Made by a program: the position numbers and the translations under genes
Shown: positions 29,636 through 39,474 of the stretch, one piece after another
Layout: the number at the start of each line of letters is the position of its first letter
Position numbering within the stretch: the stretch's first letter is position 1
The notes under the pieces: model-generated
Database searches by the model: none
The model's input: only the letters and a program-made list of their open reading frames with translations
What the model was told of the DNA's origin: nothing
DNA from: an uncultured Methanosarcinales archaeon
Lineage (GTDB): Archaea > Nanobdellota > Nanobdellia > Woesearchaeales > GW2011-AR9
DNA: 64,000 nucleotides
Reading direction: 5' to 3'
Assembly: GCA_964498285.1 (NCBI GenBank)
Contig: CAZCGN010000001.1
Span: forward strand, 100,150 to 164,149

Positions 29636-30745
29636 CTACTTAGTTGGCCAGAGAAGTTTGCCAGTAAAATCATATAGTGGAAGACCCATATACTTACTAG
29701 CTTCTTCTGCTTCCATTCTTCCTTCAGTTGAGAAATCAACTGGTATTATAAGTCCTGCAATTTTATCTGGATCTACTTTTTCTGCAAATACTCCTTCAAA
29801 CTCCCAGGCAGCACCATGACTCGGAAAGAAGGGAATAGTGTCATCAATTAGAATTATTACTTTTGAATTGTGTGGGCTAAAGTAGCGAGGCGGATATGAT
29901 CTCACCCAGTGAATTAAAGCCATAGAATTTCTAAGAAAATTTCCAACATAATGTAACGGAATTTCCTCATTGCGACCAAAATTAAGCTGATCCAGGTTGT
30001 CTTTTACATGCCGAGATAGGTTTAAATCAGGATTGGCTTCTAGTGCTTTAACAAGAGCTTCTTTGGTAATTCTTTCTTCTTTTTTTATCATATCAAGATA
30101 ACCATTCTTCTCAAAGAATAGGTATAACTTCCAATAAGTATAAGGGTCCCACACAGAGATATAATCGTCCCCTTGCAAAGGATCGATTCCACCTAAAAAT
30201 ACTTCTTCCCCAAACCTTTCTTTAGCATGATTTTGGGAGAAAATTCCAGTTCCAATAACACTTAAAAAGTCTGAGGAAACATGATGACAACCTTGCTCTT
30301 GAAGAGAGAGCTGCTGCTTAGCCTTTTTCTTTGCAAGAAGTTCCTGTTTATTTTGAAATTTGACATCCATCTCAATTCTCCTGAAAAGCGATTCTATTTC
30401 CCGTATCTTTTCTATTAGCCATCTAATTTTCTCAAATTCTGCCTGTTCTAGTTTTTCTCTCGAACGAATTTTGTTAACACATTGGGAAATTAGCTGAGTC
30501 TCCTCTCGAATTTCAATCAATATTTCTTTACATTGAATCCCTAATTTATGCTTTCGAAACTCAAGCAACTCTTTTTTGGAATAATACAAGATATGCTCAA
30601 GAATCCGATGTAATTTTCGGAATAATTCTTTGCTTCTGTCACTCGTTACATCTCCAGATCTTAATATTGTAAGGTAGGCTTCAAACTCTCTTCCTTGAGC
30701 AATCAAGTAGCGAAGATATTTTATTGTAGGGTTACCAAAGACCAT
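29636..30745 (-). CDS. Hypothetical protein: N-terminal coiled coil plus putative ADP-ribosyltransferase-fold domain
   Basis: HHVSS..LSVIGTGIFS, DYISV, FEGVFAEKVDPDKIAGLII pattern. Confidence 0.5.
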   Translation of the reverse strand: MVFGNPTIKYLRYLIAQGREFEAYLTILRSGDVTSDRSKELFRKLHRILEHILYYSKKELLEFRKHKLGIQCKEILIEIREETQLISQCVNKIRSREKLEQAEFEKIRWLIEKIREIESLFRRIEMDVKFQNKQELLAKKKAKQQLSLQEQGCHHVSSDFLSVIGTGIFSQNHAKERFGEEVFLGGIDPLQGDDYISVWDPYTYWKLYLFFEKNGYLDMIKKEERITKEALVKALEANPDLNLSRHVKDNLDQLNFGRNEEIPLHYVGNFLRNSMALIHWVRSYPPRYFSPHNSKVIILIDDTIPFFPSHGAAWEFEGVFAEKVDPDKIAGLIIPVDFSTEGRMEAEEASKYMGLPLYDFTGKLLWPTK

Positions 30746-30811
30746 ACTAGAATAAATTAGGAATTCTACTTAAATATTTGTTTTTAAAAATATCTCATTT
30801 AAGAAGATAAG

Positions 30812-30884
30812 CGTCCCCGCAGGGATTTGAACCCTGGTCTCAGGCTCCGCAAGCCTGTGTTCTATCCAACTATACTACGGGGAC
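30812..30884 (-). tRNA. tRNA-Arg(GCG)
   Basis: Reverse complement: GTCCCCG/CGGGGAC acceptor, CAGGC-TTGCGGA-GCCTG anticodon arm, CAGGG-TTCAAAT-CCCTG T-arm. Confidence 0.93.
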
Positions 30885-30920
30885 ATACTAGAAATCAAAT
30901 TTAAGAGGTATTTATAATTC

Positions 30921-31727
30921 TTACCTCTTCTTCCTTACTTTCTTCATCTCAGCGCCACCTGCTGGTAAGAACGAGATTATATCATCTAAATCGCCCGCTC
31001 CAAACTGCTTCAAAATCTTTTTTGCTAAAGCTGATTTTTTTACACGTCCTGGAACAACTATTACAAAATGAGGCGTTGCGCTTTTCACTGCAGCTACTGC
31101 CCCACCAATGATTTCTTCGCCCTTCAAACCTATTGCAAACTCCACCCGCGGATGCAAATAGTTGGTTTTCCCATACACCATAAAACTTCCCTTTGCTAAA
31201 TGCTCACCAGACTTCGCTTCTTTGGTTACTTGATCAGGTTTTACCCAAAACACATCAATTGTTCCAAGGCCTTTCTTCCAACCTCGAGAGTATGCTGCAA
31301 CTGTTTGCGCGCATTCTTCTTTTGTAGCTTCCCCAGATTTCTCACCGCCCTTTACAACAAAAAATGGGGAACCCGCCATATCAGTATGAAACACGATATC
31401 TCCTTTTTCAGTATGTTTTTTGACAAGAATTTCGTTGGAAGTAGCGTCTTTTCCACCAACACACAAGAAACCTTCTGAGGAGATAAACCAATGAAACTTG
31501 TGGTACCACTCGCGTTTACGAGCTTCTTTGCGTTTTTTAGCTTCTTTTTTTGCCTTTTCTTTTTCTAAGAACTTTTCTTCATCTAAAAGAAGCCTAGTTA
31601 ATTTTTTGTGACTCTCAACAAGAGCTTTATCTACTCCTTCAAGTTTCTTCTTATTCTTCTTGGCCCTATCAAAATAGATGCCTGCATTCTCTTCAACCGA
31701 TTTAGAAAGAGAGATTTCAACTTTCAT
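30921..31727 (-). CDS. NFACT RNA-binding domain protein (Rqc2/NEMF-related, short form)
   Basis: WYHKFHWFISSEG, GGKDATSNE, FHTDMAGSP, GSFMVYG. Confidence 0.88.
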   Translation of the reverse strand: MKVEISLSKSVEENAGIYFDRAKKNKKKLEGVDKALVESHKKLTRLLLDEEKFLEKEKAKKEAKKRKEARKREWYHKFHWFISSEGFLCVGGKDATSNEILVKKHTEKGDIVFHTDMAGSPFFVVKGGEKSGEATKEECAQTVAAYSRGWKKGLGTIDVFWVKPDQVTKEAKSGEHLAKGSFMVYGKTNYLHPRVEFAIGLKGEEIIGGAVAAVKSATPHFVIVVPGRVKKSALAKKILKQFGAGDLDDIISFLPAGGAEMKKVRKKR

Positions 31728-31769
31728 AACGTGTACTAAAGAGAGAAGTATTCTTAAATGTTACCGAAC

Positions 31770-32246
31770 TTAACAATTAGGTACATTCTCAACCACAAGC
31801 GCTTGCTCAATACATACTTCTTGTGTATCAAACAATACAACTTTAGGGATAATCTTAAGCTGCCTGATTTCTCCAGACAATTCTTCATTATACCCCAAGT
31901 GTGTCACATAGCTTCCTGCTTTTGGCATTTTCGCATCATTCAAATCAAACGACTCTGCCCTCTCTGTTCCAATCACGTTCACCATAACTCCATCAACAGC
32001 AATGTTTGCACCGTTCTGTACAGTAAAGGTTAGGTCATTTTTGATACGATTCATACAGATCTGTTTTTGTCCTCCAATCTCAAGAAAATCCATCCCAATA
32101 TCAATGGTACAGGTAGCTTCCAAATCTACCTGCGCGCGACCAAAACTCATGAACAAAAATCCGATAGATACTGCAAAGGTTATGAGAAGAAGAGTTGCAA
32201 CTAAAGGGGCAATCCCCTTACGTCTACCAAAACCATCTAGTACCAT
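31770..32246 (-). CDS. Archaeal type IV pilin-like protein
   Basis: Class III signal peptide RRKG|IAPLVATLLLI. Confidence 0.75.
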   Translation of the reverse strand: MVLDGFGRRKGIAPLVATLLLITFAVSIGFLFMSFGRAQVDLEATCTIDIGMDFLEIGGQKQICMNRIKNDLTFTVQNGANIAVDGVMVNVIGTERAESFDLNDAKMPKAGSYVTHLGYNEELSGEIRQLKIIPKVVLFDTQEVCIEQALVVENVPNC

Positions 32247-32310
32247 AAAGAAATACTAAGAAAAAGACGTATATAAAGGTTTGTAAGAAAAGAAAAGAAA
32301 AAAGAAGAAT

Positions 32311-32913
32311 TTATTCCTCAATAAAGTCATCCATTGGGCATGGAAGTTCATCCTCACTTTTGAGCATACCACGGTTTCGCATGTATTCTCGTGTAAGAAG
32401 GAAGAGAACTAAACCTACTGACTTTTTACCTTTATTATTGGCTGGAATCACAAGATCCAAATTATTAGATTCATTGTTAGTGTCACACAAACCAACAATT
32501 GGAATTCCTGCTTTCAAAGCATCTTTTACTGCGTTCTTGTCTGGCCAAGGATCTGAGACAAAAAGCACTTTTGGCTCAATGTACGTATCCAAATTTGTGT
32601 TTGTTAAGATTCCAGGAGGATATCTTCCAGAAATAACATTAATACCAGTAAGTTCTGCTAATTTCTTAAGACCTTTCCAGCCGTTCTCCCTTCGTGAAAC
32701 CATTAAAATTTGGTCTGGTTCATACTGAGAGAGAAAATTCGCTGCAAGACGGATTCTTTCATCAATCTTTTTGAGATTAAGAACGCTAAGTCCGTCTGGT
32801 CTTGTTTTGTAAATAAAATTCTTCATATATTTGGTTTTGAACTTTGTTCCAATATGAACGCCTGATTTAAGGTAGTCATTTGAGTCCAATAGTAAGTCTT
32901 CTGGTTCTGCCAT
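32311..32913 (-). CDS. rps2: 30S ribosomal protein uS2
   Basis: YLKSGVHIGT, RPDGL, GRYPPGILTN, DLVIPANNKG. Confidence 0.95.
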   Translation of the reverse strand: MAEPEDLLLDSNDYLKSGVHIGTKFKTKYMKNFIYKTRPDGLSVLNLKKIDERIRLAANFLSQYEPDQILMVSRRENGWKGLKKLAELTGINVISGRYPPGILTNTNLDTYIEPKVLFVSDPWPDKNAVKDALKAGIPIVGLCDTNNESNNLDLVIPANNKGKKSVGLVLFLLTREYMRNRGMLKSEDELPCPMDDFIEE

Positions 32914-33133
32914 TTTGTTAATACCTGTTATTATTTTAAAGCAACTTAAAGAAAATCCTTCAAGTCTGCAATTTTTTTTGCTTTGCGCAAGTAAAGCTTA
33001 GAAATTGTTGACACATCAGTGTCTGCAATTTCTTTTGCCTCATGCAGCAATATACATCTTAGACAGACATATGTTGGCTATACAGAACTAGTTTCGAAGG
33101 CCATTTATAAAGGTTACTACAATATAAGAAAAA

Positions 33134-33388
33134 TTATTCGGAATCTGAAACTTCGTCGGACTCTTCTTCTGCAAGTTCCTCAACTTCTTCTTCAGGAACT
33201 TCTTCTACTACTGGTTCTTCTACAACATCATCAGCTGGCGCGCCATCTACAACTGCAGCGCCAGTCAGAGCATCAAAATTCGACCCTAACTCACTTACTT
33301 CAGTTACTGAATACAACGATGCAGATAAAGACACTACGAGTGCCACTGCCAAGATTGCTACAAGTGCATTATTTGAAACTGCTTTCAT
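33134..33388 (-). CDS. Small membrane/secreted protein with LTGAAV motif and acidic tail
   Basis: GAGGTGA SD, N-terminal TM, E/D-rich C-terminus. Confidence 0.7.
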   Translation of the reverse strand: MKAVSNNALVAILAVALVVSLSASLYSVTEVSELGSNFDALTGAAVVDGAPADDVVEEPVVEEVPEEEVEELAEEESDEVSDSE

Positions 33389-33400
33389 ATCTTTTCACCT

Positions 33401-33523
33401 CTACGCCACACCAGAGAATAGCACAATACCTGCAACACTTGCAATGATCACAAGAACAAACATAAGCAATACAACCCAATTAGGAAATTGATCATTGTTT
33501 GTGCTCTTCTTTTTACGTGCCAT
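33401..33523 (-). CDS. 40-aa single-TM microprotein (not in ORF track)
   Basis: Hand translation MARKKKSTNNDQFPNWVVLLMFVLVIIASVAGIVLFSGVA; AGGTGA SD. Confidence 0.6.
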   Translation of the reverse strand: MARKKKSTNNDQFPNWVVLLMFVLVIIASVAGIVLFSGVA

Positions 33524-33583
33524 TCACATCACCTAATACTTCTGAACTAAGAACAAGAAGTTTATATACATTTCGAAAAGAGA

Positions 33584-34264
33584 TCAAATCTGCGCCAAAC
33601 CTTCTTGCACAATCTTAAACGGATACTCTTTTCCGCCACCCAAGAACCTGTGTTTACGCAGAACAAACGCACAGTTTTCAGCACCACCTAATTTTACTAA
33701 CTCAATTAAGCATTTACTTCCATACTTGAGCAAATCCCCACCAACCATTTTGACTCGATCTTTATTGCCAAAATCAGCATAGACCTGATTTGTGATCAGA
33801 ACCGGAATTTTGCGTGATCTTGCAATTCCTACGAGAATAGCTATTTGGCGTGCAAGAGCAGAATTAGTTTCAAAAATAGCATCAGCTTTTCCGAGCTCCA
33901 AACGATAGAGCATAGAAATTGAATCTACAACAATAAGGCCAACATCAGGCGTTAGAAGATTTTTGAGTCTCTCAAACACTCCTTGCTGCTCTTCAAAGGT
34001 AAGTGGTTGGAAAAAAAGAACGTTCTCAAGAACTTTTGAAGAATCAGAACTTAGTTGCTTAATTCTTTCAACTGCAATTCCTCCCTCAGTATCAATCAAG
34101 ATTACTTTTTTGCCACGTTCAGCAACTTTTACTGCTGCAAGAAGGCATAGATTGGTTTTACCCGATCCAGATGGACCAAAAATGGTTGTAACAACATCTT
34201 TTTCATAGCCACCTAAAAGTGCTTCATCTAAAAAGAAGGCTCCAGTTGAAATCGTATCACCCAT
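33584..34264 (-). CDS. radB: DNA repair protein RadB
   Basis: ISTG..LDEALLGGY, GPSGSGKT, IDTEGG, VVDSIS, TNQVY, C-terminal KHR motif. Confidence 0.92.
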   Translation of the reverse strand: MGDTISTGAFFLDEALLGGYEKDVVTTIFGPSGSGKTNLCLLAAVKVAERGKKVILIDTEGGIAVERIKQLSSDSSKVLENVLFFQPLTFEEQQGVFERLKNLLTPDVGLIVVDSISMLYRLELGKADAIFETNSALARQIAILVGIARSRKIPVLITNQVYADFGNKDRVKMVGGDLLKYGSKCLIELVKLGGAENCAFVLRKHRFLGGGKEYPFKIVQEGLAQI

Positions 34265-34360
34265 AAGAAAACAAGCCAAAGAACGATTGATTTAAAGATT
34301 TCTAGCACACAGAACTACCATCACACATTTTATAAACGAGAATAACTTAATTTTCCTCTA

Positions 34361-35905
34361 ATGAAGCTTCAAAACAGGCACATCTTAGCTTTACTTTTCA
34401 TTGCAACTCTAGCAATCAGACTCTTCTTAGCATTTGTAACACCAAACTTTACGTATGATTCATACTTTCATCTGCTGCAGGTTGAACAGATCATACAGAC
34501 CGGAACTCCTTTGTTTGATAACCCTTTCTCATATGGTGGTAGAGAACTTATCTTTCTCCCATTATTCCATTATTTTTCATCCATCTTTGCACTTGTGATT
34601 CCCCTAGAAATAGTTGCAAAAATTCTTCCTAATGTGCTGTTTGCATCACTAGGTCTTGTTGTATACATGATTGCAAAACGGTTAAGCAAAAGAAGCAGAA
34701 CGCCTCTCTTCTCAGCATTCATTGCATTTTTCCTACCCATTACTTTTCAGACACACGCATTTAGTCCCCTTCCCTTTGCATTGCTCTGTCTTCTGTTTAC
34801 ACTATATTTTTTCATACGAGCACGAAAGGAGAAGAATGCAAAGCAATTAATATATGGGTATGCTGCAGCACTTATCCTGCTCACCCTAAGCAGCCCCATT
34901 GCATCAATTCTGATTATCACACTTCTTTTTTACGCACTTTTCTCTCTCTTTGAAGGGCAGAAAGTAACACAAGCAGAAAAAGAAATTATGCTCTTTTCAC
35001 TTTTTTTCTTTTTATGGGTCCAGTTTCTCTTGTTCAAAAATGTATTCTTAACAGAGGGAGTTTCGTTCATTTGGCAAAATATTCCATCCATCATTAGAAC
35101 AGACTATTTTCCAGTATTAAATTTAGAAGAAGCGTTATTTCTGGTAGGTTTTATTCCACTTATCACCGGCGTCATATTTGTATACACCGCCCTTACAAAC
35201 GAGAAAAATAAGAACGTTTTTCTTATGCTGGGTATTCTGATTGCAAGTTTTGCGCTAACTGGACTTCGTCTCTTAGAATTTAACATTGCAATCGCATTTA
35301 CTGGACTTGTTCTTGCAATCATCTTCGCGCCATTCTACGACACGCTCGTCGAATATTATAAAAAATCGAAATTTAGCTTGTTTGAACAAGCTGCAACTCA
35401 AAAAGCAAAGAGTTTACTTCGAGTAAAAAAGTTTATGCAAATTTCAACCATAGTCTTGCTTATTTTGTTAATTCCAAGTATGGTCGTTCCTTCATTAACG
35501 TATTCACTCGAACAAGAAGTTCCAACTCAAGATGAAATTGAACTTTTTGTATGGTTAGATGCAAATACCGCGCAAGATGCAACTATTGCAGCCGATGTGC
35601 GAGAAGGCCATTTAGTAAGTTATCTTTCTAAACGAAAAAATGTCATGGATCCAGAGTTCCATTTGATTGATGATGTTGAAACACGATACACAGACATTAC
35701 CTCATTATACACAACCCATTTCCAAACACATGTGTTAGACATAGCACAGAAGTATGACATTAACTACATCGTGCTTACTGATGCTACACGAGAACGTTTA
35801 GATATTGGGCAACTTTCCTACAGAACAAGCAACTGTTTTGATCTTGTTCAAAATATTAATAATAATAAAGCTTACGCAGTTAGGTGTGAGTTAAACGCGC
35901 AATAA
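34361..35905 (+). CDS. GT-C-fold membrane glycosyltransferase-like protein
   Basis: YDSYFH after TM1, about 12 TMs, C-terminal soluble domain WLDANT...KYDINYI. Confidence 0.65.
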   Translation: MKLQNRHILALLFIATLAIRLFLAFVTPNFTYDSYFHLLQVEQIIQTGTPLFDNPFSYGGRELIFLPLFHYFSSIFALVIPLEIVAKILPNVLFASLGLVVYMIAKRLSKRSRTPLFSAFIAFFLPITFQTHAFSPLPFALLCLLFTLYFFIRARKEKNAKQLIYGYAAALILLTLSSPIASILIITLLFYALFSLFEGQKVTQAEKEIMLFSLFFFLWVQFLLFKNVFLTEGVSFIWQNIPSIIRTDYFPVLNLEEALFLVGFIPLITGVIFVYTALTNEKNKNVFLMLGILIASFALTGLRLLEFNIAIAFTGLVLAIIFAPFYDTLVEYYKKSKFSLFEQAATQKAKSLLRVKKFMQISTIVLLILLIPSMVVPSLTYSLEQEVPTQDEIELFVWLDANTAQDATIAADVREGHLVSYLSKRKNVMDPEFHLIDDVETRYTDITSLYTTHFQTHVLDIAQKYDINYIVLTDATRERLDIGQLSYRTSNCFDLVQNINNNKAYAVRCELNAQ

Positions 35906-35906
35906 A

Positions 35907-37379
35907 ATGGTACTTAACAAACAGAGAAATAAGCATCTTGTACAAAAACGGATTATAATTATCCTTAGTTTGTACATCCTTGTAATTGGAGCAGTTCTTC
36001 TTACACGGTTTTCCGGTGGAATACCAATACTCTATGGCGAAGAGAGTTATACTCACCTAAATACTATACAAAGTGTGGAAGAAGGGGGGATTTCTCTTTC
36101 TAACATTAGCTTCGTTCAAATGCTTATACTTCCACTCGCTAAGATTATTCCATTACATCTCCTGTTCTTCATCTCACCAATTTTAGGATTACTATCAATT
36201 ATTCTTTTCCTCAGACTTACACGAAAAGCTGGGTTTGATAATCTTATCTCGACCTATTGGGGGGTTCTTCTTATTCTCTCTCCAGCATTTATCTTTACGT
36301 TCACTACATTAAGTACATATGCATTTAGCATGCTTTTTGCTCTTCTAGGCCTTACGGCCCTTCGAACAAGAAAGAAATATCTGCAATGGCTTAGTGTTCC
36401 ATTCTTTATGAGTGCTGCAGCTACAGAGGTTCTTTTTGGAGTGCTTATAATTTTACTTTTAACCAGTTTCATTGCATTACGAAAGGAAGGTTCTGATGAA
36501 ATATATCATCTAAAACTTCTTCAAAATCTTAAAGAAAAATCAACTCGATTCCGTGCAACAAAAATAACGTTAATTGTAAGTATCATTGCATTAGGAGTAT
36601 CTTTGTTTGCAACAGGAATTACTTTTATTGCCTTTAAATCTTCCACACATAATATCTGGCGCGACATAATTTCCGACTTTGGTGCAAAAGGAGGCATTAG
36701 TATTTTTGTTTTGATCCTAAGTATTACAGGACTGTTTTTTGCCTACAAACGAAGACAAGTTTTGTACGCATCATTAGTTATCCTGATCCCCGCATATTTT
36801 TGGAACACACATACAATTTTCTTTCTTACAATCCCCCTCACCTATGCTGCAGCGTTAGGTCTTGCACGCATTACAAATCGCAAATGGCAACTTACAGATC
36901 TTAAAACAATTACTCTCTTTCTACTTGCCCTAGGTATTGTATTTTCAACATTAACATTTACAGAACGTCTAGCTGAATACTCTCCTTCAGCAGAGATGAA
37001 CAATGCACTCATTTGGCTCAAAGAAAATGCTCCTGAGGATACGAGCGTTCTTACACTCAGAGAAGATGGACAGTTTACTGAATTCATTAGTGGAATGAAA
37101 GTATTTGATCATACTCAATTTACAACAGATACAATTGATCCCGCTCAACTTGATCCAACCATACATGTTCCATCCTCACCTATCTTTACTATTGCATACA
37201 CTCAAGTTCTGTTCCCAATTTTTGATCAAGAAAACATAGAATATGTTTATATTACTCCTAAAATCAAAGGTATCTTAGCAGAAGATCAAGGGATTAGATT
37301 TGTCCTTCGTAACGAAAACTTTAAAATGATCTATGCATCCGAAGGTCATGAAATTTGGGAATATTCTCCTATTAGCTAG
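35907..37379 (+). CDS. GT-C-fold membrane glycosyltransferase-like protein
   Basis: GEESYTH after TM1, many TMs, C-terminal ALIWLKENAP...IEYVY. Confidence 0.6.
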   Translation: MVLNKQRNKHLVQKRIIIILSLYILVIGAVLLTRFSGGIPILYGEESYTHLNTIQSVEEGGISLSNISFVQMLILPLAKIIPLHLLFFISPILGLLSIILFLRLTRKAGFDNLISTYWGVLLILSPAFIFTFTTLSTYAFSMLFALLGLTALRTRKKYLQWLSVPFFMSAAATEVLFGVLIILLLTSFIALRKEGSDEIYHLKLLQNLKEKSTRFRATKITLIVSIIALGVSLFATGITFIAFKSSTHNIWRDIISDFGAKGGISIFVLILSITGLFFAYKRRQVLYASLVILIPAYFWNTHTIFFLTIPLTYAAALGLARITNRKWQLTDLKTITLFLLALGIVFSTLTFTERLAEYSPSAEMNNALIWLKENAPEDTSVLTLREDGQFTEFISGMKVFDHTQFTTDTIDPAQLDPTIHVPSSPIFTIAYTQVLFPIFDQENIEYVYITPKIKGILAEDQGIRFVLRNENFKMIYASEGHEIWEYSPIS

Positions 37380-37400
37380 AAAGGAGAGATTTTGGGTTAC

Positions 37401-38672
37401 ATGGCACTTATTGAATCACTTATCATAGGAGTAGTATATTTTATCTCTCTATATTTTAGTGTCTTTTTTATTCTGGTCTATTTTGATAAACGAGAAGAGT
37501 TCAAAAAAGAAGTATCATCAGAGGAATTAGACACATACCCCCTGATTTCTATAATCATTCCGGCATATAATGAAGAGAAAACTATCAAAGGAACACTTTC
37601 CTCTGTTGCTGCCATTGATTATCCGAAAGATAGGCTTGATGTTATTGCAATAAATGATGGATCAAATGATTCTACCTTTCAAGTTATGCAAAAATTCTTA
37701 GAAGAACATGATGTTCCTCATTTTCGTATTCTTTCTCACAAAAATAAAGGTAAGGCTGCGTCGATGAATACTGCTATTGCGATGGCTAAAGGTGAGTTTT
37801 TTGCATGTCTTGATGCCGATTCTTTTGTTGATAGTAAAACCCTTCGCAAAATGCTTCATTTGTATTATAAAGAAAATGATAGTCAACTTGCAGTGATCAC
37901 TCCTGCAATGAAAGTATACAAACCAAAAAATATCTTACAAAAAATTCAGTGGATAGAGTACCTTTTAATGGTGTTTGTTGGCAGAATCACATCACACCTT
38001 GATGCAATTTATGTGGCGCCCGGTCCGTTCTCTTTATATCGAAAAGATATTATTCAAGAAGTTGGGGGGTTTGACGAACATACCCTCACTGAAGATCAAG
38101 AAATTGCATACAGGCTCCAAGAGAAACAATATAGAATCAAACAATGTTTTGATGGGTATGTACATACTGTAAGTCCAGGTAAATTAGTCGGGTTCTATAA
38201 ACAGCGTAGACGATGGTACATGGGAAGCATCTCTTGCGCGTATCAATACAAGCATGTTATAGGCAAAAAAGCGTATGGGGATTTTGGCGTTGTACAGATG
38301 ATCAAAAATGTTCTTGGGTATGGACTTGCTGTTGCAGGAATTGGGTTTGCAGCATACCTTTTTGGCTGGCCTTTGATTATGAAAATCAAAAATGGTCTTT
38401 CCATAAATTTTGACATTTGGCCATACATTACGAATTTAGATTTTACGTTGAGTCCATACCTTTTTGATGTGCAAAAAGTCATTGTATTTGTAGCATTGTT
38501 TTTCACTGGTCTTTTCTTTTTCTATAAAGCACATACAAATGCTAAAGAGAAAATAACAACATTTGGATATCTTCCGATTATTCCATACTTCGCGTTTTAT
38601 TATCTTTTGAAAGGTGCCATCTTAATGCTCTCATTTGTTGAGTTCACGCGAAAGAAAAAGATTAAGTGGTGA
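37401..38672 (+). CDS. Processive GT2 glycosyltransferase (cellulose synthase/PgaC-like)
   Basis: PAYNEE, DGSND, LDAD, TED, QRRRW motifs plus N- and C-terminal TMs. Confidence 0.85.
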   Translation: MALIESLIIGVVYFISLYFSVFFILVYFDKREEFKKEVSSEELDTYPLISIIIPAYNEEKTIKGTLSSVAAIDYPKDRLDVIAINDGSNDSTFQVMQKFLEEHDVPHFRILSHKNKGKAASMNTAIAMAKGEFFACLDADSFVDSKTLRKMLHLYYKENDSQLAVITPAMKVYKPKNILQKIQWIEYLLMVFVGRITSHLDAIYVAPGPFSLYRKDIIQEVGGFDEHTLTEDQEIAYRLQEKQYRIKQCFDGYVHTVSPGKLVGFYKQRRRWYMGSISCAYQYKHVIGKKAYGDFGVVQMIKNVLGYGLAVAGIGFAAYLFGWPLIMKIKNGLSINFDIWPYITNLDFTLSPYLFDVQKVIVFVALFFTGLFFFYKAHTNAKEKITTFGYLPIIPYFAFYYLLKGAILMLSFVEFTRKKKIKW

Positions 38673-38751
38673 AAGGAATAGATATATTCTGGACCTTAAT
38701 AGATCCCAACACACAAGTATTTAAAAAGAGACATTCCAAAATATATCCAGT

Positions 38752-39474
38752 ATGCCAAAAGCCGCACCAAAAGAAGCAAAAAGAGGTTCTTTTCGAAAAG
38801 TAAGCACGAAAAAGTATCTTATAGCAGGCGTTATAACATTCCTTATTTTCTCGTTAGGACTTACGCTTGGAATGATTTTTGAAGAGCAACGATATAACTG
38901 GGCAGAAGATATTAATCAAGAACAAGATGTGAACTATCTAAGCTTACAGCTCCAGTTTTTGTATCTAAGTGCGCTTGAAGAAGAACAAAATTGTCCCGTT
39001 CTTTTAGGAACATTGCAGCAAAGTGTTGATGAGCTTGGTAAATCACTTTCCAAAATCTTAACGTTTGAGAAAGAAAACTCCATTAGCCAGAGTGATTATA
39101 AAACACTTGAAAGAAGGTATACACTTGATAATCTGCGTTATTGGATCCTAGCGGATCAAGCAAAAGAACAATGTGATTTAGATATAGCTTCAATCCTCTA
39201 TTTCTATTCTGATGATTGTGCATCATGTCCAGGACAAGGAACAATCCTTACCTATTTCAAAAAAGTCTTTGGTGAGAAAGTGCTTATTTTTCCAATCAAC
39301 GTGGATTTAGAAGACCATGAACCAATGGTGGGCATTGCAACATCTCTGCATGATATTCAAACTCTTCCAACTATCATCATCGAGGATGAAAAGTATGAAG
39401 GAATTGTAAAGAAAAATCAGCTCCAAACGATCATTTGTAACACACTTGAAGATACGCAAGAATGCCAAGCATGA
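38752..39474 (+). CDS. Membrane-anchored thioredoxin-fold protein
   Basis: N-terminal TM; YFYSDDCASC and TLP cis-Pro motif. Confidence 0.65.
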   Translation: MPKAAPKEAKRGSFRKVSTKKYLIAGVITFLIFSLGLTLGMIFEEQRYNWAEDINQEQDVNYLSLQLQFLYLSALEEEQNCPVLLGTLQQSVDELGKSLSKILTFEKENSISQSDYKTLERRYTLDNLRYWILADQAKEQCDLDIASILYFYSDDCASCPGQGTILTYFKKVFGEKVLIFPINVDLEDHEPMVGIATSLHDIQTLPTIIIEDEKYEGIVKKNQLQTIICNTLEDTQECQA

